This document shows positions 9,633-17,060 of a stretch of DNA of 64,000 nt, one piece after another. A model generated the notes under the pieces. That model had not been told where the DNA came from. It did not search any database and was given only the letters and a program-made list of their open reading frames with translations. Made by a program: the position numbers and the translations under genes. The DNA comes from a virus, in the IMG/VR virus record IMGVR_UViG_3300049855_000239, positions 1 to 64,000 of that record. One strand, 5' to 3'. Position 1 is the stretch's first letter. Each line of letters opens with the position of its first letter.

Positions 9633-9706
9633 TTTAGTTTCTATTTTTACGGTGGAGAGTTCCGCCTCCGTCACTCCCTAGTTTTCTTGAACACCTGTCG
9701 TTATAT
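9576..9706 (+). repeat. attC-like hairpin (left ~60 bp identical to 11334-11464 element)
   Basis: CGCTAAC-ACTGTATTTGATAAATCAGGGG...CGGTGGAGA...CCTGTC-GTTATAT. Confidence 0.85.
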
Positions 9707-9735
9707 GATAGTTTAAAATAGCAGCACAAACATGT

Positions 9736-10185
9736 TTAATACTCATCAGGTGCTTTGTTTTTCCAACTACTTGAACTATTCTGCATACGCAAACCTCTTA
9801 AATATCTTGAAGCACATGCAAGTTCACACATCAAAATCCACGCTCTTTCGTTTGGAGAAGAAAAATTCTTTCGTCTTTTCATCTTGTTTTTTTCTTCCTC
9901 TGATAATGCTTCAAAAGCGACACATTCATCGTATCTACGTTCTAGTTCTTTCCAGCAGTCAATATATGGCATCCATTGCTTATGTTGAATCATTACCTTT
10001 TCAATTTGAGGTCTTAAATCAGGCAATTTTCTGAGCATCCTTACACATCGACCAACATCAGAAATATCATGCGGTACATCACATTCCCCAGTTGGTATTC
10101 CTGTAATAGCAGCAAACATTGTTTTTGAAGAAATGCCAGTATCTCTACTTGCTAACCATTCCATCCATTCTTTTTTAACTTCCAT
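9736..10185 (-). CDS. hypothetical cassette protein
   Basis: ORF filling segment 9700-10229; WL...DTGISSKT..P.D..D..RC motif recalls conserved phage hypotheticals. Confidence 0.7.
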   Translation of the reverse strand: MEVKKEWMEWLASRDTGISSKTMFAAITGIPTGECDVPHDISDVGRCVRMLRKLPDLRPQIEKVMIQHKQWMPYIDCWKELERRYDECVAFEALSEEEKNKMKRRKNFSSPNERAWILMCELACASRYLRGLRMQNSSSSWKNKAPDEY

Positions 10186-10222
10186 ATTATTAATTTATTG
10201 CGTTGTAAATAAAAAACCAATC

Positions 10223-10309
10223 ATATAACACTATGTTTCTGATATGGGCGATAAAGTACTGGTAGTTCGGAATTTCCGAATGCCCACATCAGAAACATTT
10301 ACGTTATGC
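10223..10309 (+). repeat. attC-like hairpin (87 bp)
   Basis: ATATAAC-ACT-ATGTTTCTGATATGGGC / GCCCACATCAGAAACAT-TTAC-GTTATGC. Confidence 0.85.
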
Positions 10310-10315
10310 ACAATG

Positions 10316-10582
10316 CTATAATGACGGCAATCCGAGCGAAGAACGTACTTTAGCTTCTGCCAGATTTTTGATAAAATCGCTATCTGAAAGAATCTCTTTT
10401 GCTTTTGCTGCAATCATTTCCTTGAAGTTTAATTCTTGCATTGCCTTATCTAGCCCTTCCCGTAATGCACCTTCTACACACCAATCTAATGCACTTTCAA
10501 AAGCATTTGCCTTATTGGACATAAAAGACTTTTGAAAGTATTCTGTCAATGCCCTTTGAATGTCAGGCATATGAGTTTGCAT
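10316..10582 (-). CDS. hypothetical cassette protein, possibly 5'-truncated
   Basis: ORF present but the matching TAAC arm is absent. Confidence 0.5.
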   Translation of the reverse strand: MQTHMPDIQRALTEYFQKSFMSNKANAFESALDWCVEGALREGLDKAMQELNFKEMIAAKAKEILSDSDFIKNLAEAKVRSSLGLPSL

Positions 10583-10610
10583 TATATTAGCTTCATTTGC
10601 ATTAGTTTAC

Positions 10611-10677
10611 TTTTTGTACGGTTGATACATTCGGCTTCGTTACTCCCGAAAAAGCGTGAATAAGTGTCTCGTTAGGC
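10611..10677 (+). repeat. right half of an attC-like element
   Basis: CGGTTGATAC...ACTCCCGAAAAAGCGTGAATA...C-GTTAGGC, similar to right half of 5290-5420. Confidence 0.7.
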
Positions 10678-10683
10678 GAAATA

Positions 10684-10848
10684 TTAAAAATCACCATCCT
10701 CTAACCCACGAATAACGAAACAAACGAAAGAATAGATTATTGACAAGATGCCACAAAAAAACAATACTTTCAAATGCCCTGTACTTGAAACATTAAAGCA
10801 TATAATTAACCCTAAGCCGATAATGAATAATTTGTCAATGATTTTCAT
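10684..10848 (-). CDS. small two-TM membrane protein (cassette)
   Basis: hydrophobic ORF filling segment 10671-10878. Confidence 0.55.
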   Translation of the reverse strand: MKIIDKLFIIGLGLIICFNVSSTGHLKVLFFCGILSIIYSFVCFVIRGLEDGDF

Positions 10849-10871
10849 GTTGATAAAATTAAAATACATTC

Positions 10872-11002
10872 GCCTAACACAGTACTTATAAAACTGTGGG
10901 CTTTTTTGGTTATTGTTACTTTACTGCGCTCCACTCGCTTTTTTGCGGTGGATAGTGGCGTGGTCTTAAATCCCACAGCTTTAAAAGTACGTGCCGTTAC
11001 CT
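10872..11002 (+). repeat. attC-like hairpin (near-copy of 15319-15449)
   Basis: GCCTAAC-ACA-GTACTTATAAAACTGTGGG / CCCACAGCTTTAAAAGTAC-GTGCC-GTTACCT; central CGGTGGATA. Confidence 0.85.
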
Positions 11003-11003
11003 G

Positions 11004-11390
11004 CTATTTTGCAGACGAGTACCATTCAAATTCCTCATCCATTAATTGATAAGTTGTTTTCGCTTTACCACATTGCAAATCTTTTAAATAAGCAACGCAT
11101 CTTTGTTTAGGTGTCGGTTGTTGATAATTTTCATTTTTACCATCATTTACAGGATAAACCATATAGGTTGTTGCAATATTTTCAAACCAATCAAAAAGCT
11201 TTCCACCACCTAAATCAAATAAATGTCCGAATAAGCAATTTTTACCATCTTTTGTTTTTACTATATCTGTACACCAACTTTCCTCCGTTGTATTTTCCAT
11301 GTAAGTAATAATCACATCTAAAGAAAAAACAGCAGGTAACACTGTATTTGATAAATCAGGGGCGGTATTGGCTTTGGTTGCTGTATTCAT
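11004..11390 (-). CDS. hypothetical cassette protein with hairpin-encoded leader MNTATKANTAPDLSNTVLP
   Basis: first 18 aa identical to leader of 8991-9632 although the rest is unrelated. Confidence 0.75.
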   Translation of the reverse strand: MNTATKANTAPDLSNTVLPAVFSLDVIITYMENTTEESWCTDIVKTKDGKNCLFGHLFDLGGGKLFDWFENIATTYMVYPVNDGKNENYQQPTPKQRCVAYLKDLQCGKAKTTYQLMDEEFEWYSSAK

Positions 11391-11464
11391 TTTAGTTATT
11401 GTTTTTACGGTAGATAAATTCGGCTTCGAAAAGCCCCTGTTTTCTCAAATACTTAGCGTTAGCT
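11334..11464 (+). repeat. attC-like hairpin
   Basis: AGGTAAC-ACT-GTATTTGATAAATCAGGGGC / GCCCCTGTTTTCTCAAATAC-TTAGC-GTTAGCT. Confidence 0.85.
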
Positions 11465-11465
11465 G

Positions 11466-11801
11466 CTATACTAACTGACGCCAAGTTTTACCACTATTGA
11501 ATATTGGGCTTTTTTCGTCAACTAAATTAAGCTTACCAATTAGTTCATGTGCTTGTTGTTTTGATATTTTGCATTTGCCATAATTATCGGAATCATAAAC
11601 TTTTACAAGAGTATATTCATCATTCCACTGGCTTATACTCCAGAAATTATTATCCCACAGTTTTACACATTTATCAATATCGACTTTGCAAGATACTGTA
11701 TTTGGAAATGTCAAAAGCACCTCTGTTAAAATAACAGTACAGCAGCTAACACTATGTTCTCGAACTTGTGGCGTTTTTTCAATCTTGATATTATTTTTCA
11801 T
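11466..11801 (-). CDS. hypothetical cassette protein with hairpin-encoded leader (MKNNIKIEKTPQVREHSVSC)
   Basis: no ATG inside segment 11458-11750 in this frame; nearest ATG is within the hairpin. Confidence 0.6.
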   Translation of the reverse strand: MKNNIKIEKTPQVREHSVSCCTVILTEVLLTFPNTVSCKVDIDKCVKLWDNNFWSISQWNDEYTLVKVYDSDNYGKCKISKQQAHELIGKLNLVDEKSPIFNSGKTWRQLV

Positions 11802-11875
11802 GTCATTTACATTTTTACGGGTGATACTTTCGTGGACTTTACATGCCACAACTTCGTGAACATTTAGCGTTAGTT
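11744..11875 (+). repeat. attC-like hairpin
   Basis: AGCTAAC-ACT-ATGTTCTCGAACTTGTGGC / GCCACAACTTCGTGAACAT-TTAGC-GTTAGTT. Confidence 0.85.
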
Positions 11876-12286
11876 TCAATCTTGTAAAACGAGTTCTTCG
11901 CCAACAAGAGCAAAATATAAGTTCTGTAACTGGTGTACAAATTCAATCAATCTTAAACATGTACCTCGAAACCAAAATTCATTTCCAATAAAATATATGT
12001 CATGATTTTCATCAAAATACCACATCTCGAAATCTTCTGAAATAAATCCAAACCGTTTCTTCCAGTTATTATCTAATGATATAGGGATAATTTCAACCAA
12101 ATTACCATCCTTTATATGATATTCAACATGAAGGATGTTTTCTGGATGAGCAAATATATGAACTTCATCATCTCTAATTTCGACAACATTAAAATGACAG
12201 TTAATATATTCTTCCTCTTCTAATTCTTTCTTAACTTCTTCGTTTATGAAGACAATATTCCCAAATCTTAACTCATTTACTTTCAT
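11876..12286 (-). CDS. conserved Bacteroidota phage hypothetical protein
   Basis: M..NELR.GN.V ... PI.L..... FGF ... VHQLQNLYFAL.GEEL pattern. Confidence 0.75.
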   Translation of the reverse strand: MKVNELRFGNIVFINEEVKKELEEEEYINCHFNVVEIRDDEVHIFAHPENILHVEYHIKDGNLVEIIPISLDNNWKKRFGFISEDFEMWYFDENHDIYFIGNEFWFRGTCLRLIEFVHQLQNLYFALVGEELVLQD

Positions 12287-12313
12287 GGTTTTATGGTTAC
12301 GGTTGACAAAAAA

Positions 12314-12372
12314 AAGACTAAAACTACGGTGGATTTATTCGGCTTCGAAAAGCCCCTGTTTTCTCAAATACT
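12314..12372 (+). repeat. collapsed attC-like element
   Basis: arm AAGACTAAAACTA fused directly to CGGTGGA, then TTCGGCTTCGAAAAGCCCCTGTTTTCTCAAATACT identical to 11419-11453. Confidence 0.7.
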
Positions 12373-12468
12373 CTTTAAATACAGTGCAAATGTAGCATTT
12401 AAATAATCTAAAAAAAATATTATTTTGATTTTTTATTTATCTTTTTAGTGCTTACATTTGTTCCACTA
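12372..12468. repeat. 97-bp inverted repeat copy 1, divergent promoter pair
   Basis: reverse complement of 17890-17986; TACATTTG box near each end facing outward. Confidence 0.9.
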
Positions 12469-12650
12469 CATTTGTGGCATATTAAGACAACGATTATGAC
12501 AGTAAAATTTAAAACAGTCCCTACAACCTTATTGGTTATTTTTTTAATTGACCACATAAGCCAATCATTTACAAGTCACGTTACTAATTATCCTTATTGG
12601 GTTGTTTTGATTTTGTTTATGATATATTCAAAATTTGACTAAATAAGATT

Positions 12651-13016
12651 ATGAATTTACAACTATCATTAATTAATAGGTGGTTTATAAAAACCGAAAT
12701 AGGCGAGAAATTAGAGGACTATCGGGAACTAACGCCTTATTGGTATGCTAGATTATGTTTGTATGATGGCAAAAAACAACCTAAAAGTTTTTGGGAATTT
12801 GCGCCAAGAACTAGCTTTAATTTTGATTCTAATAAAGTTACGTTTAAGAAATTCGAAGCAAACATTATGACATTAGGCTATCCTAAATCAACCGACACAG
12901 ATCGAATACTAAAATATAAACACGCTGGAATTGAAATAAGAACTGGTAATCCTAATTGGGGCGCAGAAGAAGGTAAATTATACTTTGTAATCAAGCATGG
13001 AGAAAAGATACGGTAA
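12651..13016 (+). CDS. ASCH-domain protein
   Basis: L.L.L...WF.....GEK.EDYR...PYW..RL; GY; G.P.WGAE.GK.YFVI. Confidence 0.75.
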   Translation: MNLQLSLINRWFIKTEIGEKLEDYRELTPYWYARLCLYDGKKQPKSFWEFAPRTSFNFDSNKVTFKKFEANIMTLGYPKSTDTDRILKYKHAGIEIRTGNPNWGAEEGKLYFVIKHGEKIR

Positions 13017-13635
13017 TTGCGTATGTCACAATAGATATTCTAGTTTGAATGCTAAAGGTCTATGTCCAGAAGGCGCACGTGAGCGACATAAAAAGAGTGC
13101 CGAAAGTAAAGGATTTAAAGTAAAAGAATATGGAATTGATAGAAACACCAAAACAGAGGCTATTCAGGATAAAGAGTTTAGTTTTGAAGGAAATGGAGTT
13201 AAGGGAGAAACTACTTTCAAAAAGGCCAAAATCAACCGTGTTTCTGAAAACAAGGCAAAAGAAAACGCAGAATTGGCAAGACTTAAAAAGGCAAAGATAT
13301 TAGAGTTAGGCGAAAAGTGCGAAATGTGTCCTAGACATGGAAGTGTTGATTTATTTCACATCATCGGAGTAGGGGATAAAACCCACGCTACTAATCCAAA
13401 AAACTTACTTCTTTCATGTCGCTGGTGCCATCTTATTTGGGGTGCAAACGACTTCGAAAAGATACTCAAATTCAATAATTTTGATGATATAATGAACCGA
13501 TTGAAAGATTTGGATTCTGGTAAATATTGGAAGTTTAGGCACAAGATAGAAAAGCATGTAATTGAAAAGTATTTCGAGACAAAAGACAAAACAGATATGA
13601 ATAGGCTAGGTATAAAATTTGTGAGTCCATTATGA
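12997..13635 (+). CDS. HNH-like (Zn-finger His-Me) nuclease domain protein
   Basis: CEMC...DLFHII...NLLLSCRWCH. Confidence 0.6.
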   Translation: MEKRYGNCVCHNRYSSLNAKGLCPEGARERHKKSAESKGFKVKEYGIDRNTKTEAIQDKEFSFEGNGVKGETTFKKAKINRVSENKAKENAELARLKKAKILELGEKCEMCPRHGSVDLFHIIGVGDKTHATNPKNLLLSCRWCHLIWGANDFEKILKFNNFDDIMNRLKDLDSGKYWKFRHKIEKHVIEKYFETKDKTDMNRLGIKFVSPL

Positions 13636-13958
13636 ACATTATTTTCATTTGTACTGCAAATAGGGATAGAAGCAGAACCGAAGAAATATATTTTCAAAAC
13701 AAATATCCTGAACATCGTTTTCGATCTGCTGGTATTAACAAGTATTTGAGCGAACGACACGGAGGTATTCACGTAAAAGCCTACATGTTAGATATTGCTG
13801 ACCGTATTATTTGCGCTGAACATATTCATTCTGATTGGATAGTACGAAACATAAACAAAAAGTACCTAGATAAAATATAAGTATTAGAACTGGCCGATAC
13901 TGGTACTTTTATGAGCAAAAGTTTAATAGATCGATTAGAAAGTAAGTTTAAAATATGA
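13632..13958 (+). pseudogene. low-molecular-weight protein-tyrosine-phosphatase-like gene with in-frame TAA at 13878-13880
   Basis: IIFICTANRDRSRT P-loop (CX5R), SAG motif; frame continues after the stop as VLELADTGTFMSKSLIDRLESKF. Confidence 0.7.
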
Positions 13959-14305
13959 ACCACCCAGAAAGCGACTTACAAGCAAATTGTATAAAATGGT
14001 TTAGATACCAATACCCGCAACTAAAACTATGTTTGTTTAATGTGCCAAATGGATCAAAAAGAAGCAAGTCTCAACAAGCTATACTTAAAAAGGAAGGTGC
14101 TATTTCTGGAGTTTCTGACATTATTTTATTGGTGCCAAATAGCGAGTTCAATTCTTTATGTTTAGAAGCTAAGATTAAGCCTAATAAACAATCAGAATCG
14201 CAAATTGAATTCGAAAAGGCCGTTACTAATTTTGGTAATTGTTATAAGGTATTTTACTCATTTGAAGAGTTTAGAAGTATTGTTACTAGTTATTTATCTT
14301 CTTAG
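13955..14305 (+). CDS. VRR-NUC domain nuclease
   Basis: ESDLQ..CIKWFR.QYP, VPNG, EG...GVSDI, LEAK, QS.SQ..F. Confidence 0.85.
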   Translation: MNHPESDLQANCIKWFRYQYPQLKLCLFNVPNGSKRSKSQQAILKKEGAISGVSDIILLVPNSEFNSLCLEAKIKPNKQSESQIEFEKAVTNFGNCYKVFYSFEEFRSIVTSYLSS

Positions 14306-14352
14306 TTTATACTTGCTTTAGATTTGAAGTTCATGTTTAAGAAATAGTATTA

Positions 14353-14382
14353 CCACAGCTTTATAAGTACGTGCCGTTATAA
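14353..14382 (+). repeat. right end of an attC-like element
   Basis: CCACAGCTTTATAAGTACGTGCCGTTA identical to 15420-15446. Confidence 0.75.
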
Positions 14383-14388
14383 GCCATT

Positions 14389-14760
14389 TTAAGAAGCAGA
14401 TTCATAATAAAGATTTTTACCTCCTAATTGATAGTAGCAATCAAGAAGGGATTTTTTGGCTTCTTCTTTTATCCATTCTGTCTTGTGACCTAGATATGCT
14501 ACATCAATATCTATCCATAATATTTCGGGTAGTTTAGCCCATATATTTTCATTATCTAATAACTCTTTTGCAAAACGTCCCATTCCATCCCAACTTTTAG
14601 TTTTTTCGTTGGTTTTTAATTCATCTGCACTTTTTATAGGTAATTCCAAATCCTCGCCTATATGGTTTGCTACTTTATAAATCTCAAACACTTCTTGATG
14701 TATTTGAATACAGTTTGACCTCATTGTGTCAAAATCAATTATTGGTTTTTTACTTTCCAT
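14389..14760 (-). CDS. hypothetical cassette protein
   Basis: fills segment 14376-14813. Confidence 0.7.
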   Translation of the reverse strand: MESKKPIIDFDTMRSNCIQIHQEVFEIYKVANHIGEDLELPIKSADELKTNEKTKSWDGMGRFAKELLDNENIWAKLPEILWIDIDVAYLGHKTEWIKEEAKKSLLDCYYQLGGKNLYYESAS

Positions 14761-14806
14761 GTTTTAATTAAATTAAATTGTTATAATTAGTGCAAATAAA
14801 AACGGC

Positions 14807-14936
14807 TTATAACGTTGTATTTTCGCACTTAATGGCATTCTGGTTTACATCACTTCACTTGCATTCATTCAGGCTACTACAGTGGATAAATTCGACTCTG
14901 TTCATCCATTAAATGCGTAAATAGTCTTCGTTAGGT
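14807..14936 (+). repeat. attC-like hairpin
   Basis: TTATAAC..TATTTTCGCACTTAATGG / CCATTAAATGCGTAAATA..C-GTTAGGT; central CAGTGGATA. Confidence 0.85.
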
Positions 14937-14942
14937 GAAAAA

Positions 14943-15320
14943 CTAAGAGTCAAGGCAAGTTCTAACCTTTGCTCTTAATTCAGCTCCTTTTGGGTCGTTT
15001 TCTAAATGTGAACTGACTTCTTCGAGTAAGTCAATCATTTCCTTTATCCATTTTGGATGTTCTAAAATTTCAGATTCTTTGTCTTGATAATTGTCTAATA
15101 AAATGCCCAAATTTAACGGAACTATAAAAGATCTGTCAGGTATTTTTTTAGCCACATCAGCAATTTCTTCATTTGCTCGTGTGGTATCATATCCATCATT
15201 TTCTTTTATAATTTCTTCAAGTGAGTTAAGATATTCTCTTACTTCGTTCAGTTCTTTTTCGGTGCATTTTGCGACCGTTAATTGTTTTACTACAGTTGGC
15301 ATAATCAAGAAGTTCTTCAC
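14943..15320 (-). CDS. hypothetical cassette protein
   Basis: fills segment 14930-15325. Confidence 0.7.
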   Translation of the reverse strand: MKNFLIMPTVVKQLTVAKCTEKELNEVREYLNSLEEIIKENDGYDTTRANEEIADVAKKIPDRSFIVPLNLGILLDNYQDKESEILEHPKWIKEMIDLLEEVSSHLENDPKGAELRAKVRTCLDS

Positions 15321-15449
15321 CTAACACAGTACTTATAAAACTGTGGGTTTTTTGGGTTGTTGTTACATTTTTGCGCTCCACTCACTTTTTGGCGGTGGAT
15401 AGTGGCGTGGTCATTACTCCCACAGCTTTATAAGTACGTGCCGTTAGCG
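15319..15449 (+). repeat. attC-like hairpin
   Basis: ACCTAAC-ACA-GTACTTATAAAACTGTGGG / CCCACAGCTTTATAAGTAC-GTGCC-GTTAGCG. Confidence 0.85.
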
Positions 15450-15455
15450 GAAACC

Positions 15456-15719
15456 TTAAAACCTTCTAGGCATTTTAAGGTAATCGCAACAAAAGTTTGA
15501 TACAACTTCAAATGTTGATTGAAGTTTGCTTTTGCCAATTTCATTTGGTTTTTGAGCAACAACACCGCTTCCATCATCAAATTTGGTTATCATTATTCCT
15601 CCACATGTAATACTGAATTGATATTCCTCCCCTTTTTCTTTGTCAGTAGGGAGGTTTTCTATTTTTTCAATTACTGGCATCAGTAAATCCATACTTTCAT
15701 TAAAAGCAAGTTTGCCCAT
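15456..15719 (-). CDS. hypothetical protein, probably 5'-truncated cassette
   Basis: F..S.D.LMPVIEKIE pattern typical of a phage family C-terminal half; no matching TAAC arm. Confidence 0.5.
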   Translation of the reverse strand: MGKLAFNESMDLLMPVIEKIENLPTDKEKGEEYQFSITCGGIMITKFDDGSGVVAQKPNEIGKSKLQSTFEVVSNFCCDYLKMPRRF

Positions 15720-15849
15720 GTGTCCATTTCTGGTTAACGCTTTGAATCAAATAGCAAGTGGCTTTTATTTATTCCCATCCTATTCAATCGGTTCATTTTA
15801 ATTGAGACTCCAATCTTTACATTGGCTCAAATAAAGGCTAAAAATGACA

Positions 15850-15886
15850 AAAGCCTAGATCTCGGGGGGAGCAATCTAGGCTTTTA
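15850..15886. terminator. intrinsic terminator hairpin, bidirectional A/T tails
   Basis: AAAAGCCTAGAT-CTCGGGGGGAGCA-ATCTAGGCTTTT. Confidence 0.7.
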
Positions 15887-15992
15887 TTTAAAAAACTGGC
15901 TTGGTATTCACTTCTGCCATTATCTTTAATTGTGCTAATTATTCCCCCGAACAATCACAGTGTAAAATTACAAATAATTTCTAAATTGCAAT

Positions 15993-16508
15993 ATGAACGC
16001 AAAAATAAATAAAATATTGGCCGAAGTTGGCAAGGTAGTGGTAATAGTAGCAGGCTTCTATTTATTATTATGTTTGTACGATTGCACCCGAACTAAACAA
16101 AAGCCTATCAAGGGTAAAGAAAAGGTAGTAAAGCAAACGCATACCCAAAAGGCCGATACGGTATTAGTTCATGATACATTACTGGTCTATTCAAAGCCTA
16201 AAACAATAATCAAGTGGAAATATAAACCTATCGAATTCGAGAGGTTTAACTATTGCGATTCGACTACTATTCAAACCGACACAATAACCAAGGAAGGCGT
16301 AAAAGTTGCGATACTAGACACTATTAGAAACAATTCAGTAGTAGGGAGGCAAACGCAAATTATTAGCGCAAATCAAATAATAACCAATACGTCAATAGAT
16401 TCAATTTTTACCGTTCGAGTTGACACGATTTATGTTAGGAAAAACAACGGGATGCTTTGTGCTACATGCTTTGGTGCTGGATTTGTTTTAGGTAGTTTTA
16501 CAAAATAA
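15993..16508 (+). CDS. membrane-anchored protein, possibly spanin-like
   Basis: N-terminal TM ending in Cys, repeated DT-rich beta segments, C-terminal GAGFVLG hydrophobic tail. Confidence 0.45.
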   Translation: MNAKINKILAEVGKVVVIVAGFYLLLCLYDCTRTKQKPIKGKEKVVKQTHTQKADTVLVHDTLLVYSKPKTIIKWKYKPIEFERFNYCDSTTIQTDTITKEGVKVAILDTIRNNSVVGRQTQIISANQIITNTSIDSIFTVRVDTIYVRKNNGMLCATCFGAGFVLGSFTK

Positions 16509-16530
16509 CTCAATCATTGTCTATAACGAA

Positions 16531-16570
16531 TTTCACTCCGAAAATAGTAACTTTTCGGAGTGAAGATTTT
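16531..16570 (+). terminator. intrinsic terminator
   Basis: TTCACTCCGAAAA-TAGTAAC-TTTTCGGAGTGAA followed by T run. Confidence 0.7.
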
Positions 16571-16684
16571 TTATATTATTGTAATCCGTGTTTTTGCGCT
16601 TCGCATAATTGGCTATCGTTTCTAGTCCTAAATACTTTCCAAGTAGTTCAATTTCATGACACGGATGTTATATGCTATAAAGCA

Positions 16685-17032
16685 TTACCACTTGTTATTT
16701 TTAATTAAATGTAGCAGGTATTCAAGCACTATATCTTGGACAATATTATCATATCGTTTTAGATATTTTCGTTTACTATTCAAATAAGATTTTACCTTAT
16801 TTTCTGCCCATTTTTCAGGATGAGAACTATAAAGAAGACTGTCAAAATCTAGCTTCAAAACTCTACAAATACCAAGCAATGTATATTCATCAGGTACACA
16901 TTCCCCTGATTCTATTTTAGAAATTGCTTGTTTTGTAACTTTTGCCATGCCACCAAGGCTTTCTTGTGTCATGTTTCTAGCCTTCCTAGCTTCTTTTATA
17001 ATGGTTGTTATTTCAACTTTTTCAGGAAACAT
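16685..17032 (-). CDS. XRE-family HTH transcriptional regulator
   Basis: IKEARKARNMTQESLG....VTKQAISKIESG...P. Confidence 0.85.
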   Translation of the reverse strand: MFPEKVEITTIIKEARKARNMTQESLGGMAKVTKQAISKIESGECVPDEYTLLGICRVLKLDFDSLLYSSHPEKWAENKVKSYLNSKRKYLKRYDNIVQDIVLEYLLHLIKNNKW

Positions 17033-17060
17033 AGTAAATAGGATTAAAATAAAACTTTGC

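Noticed and set aside
16667-16685. GTTATATGC as opening arm of the XRE cassette
   Set aside because: Does not complement the closing arm CTTTGCCACTAAC at 17067.
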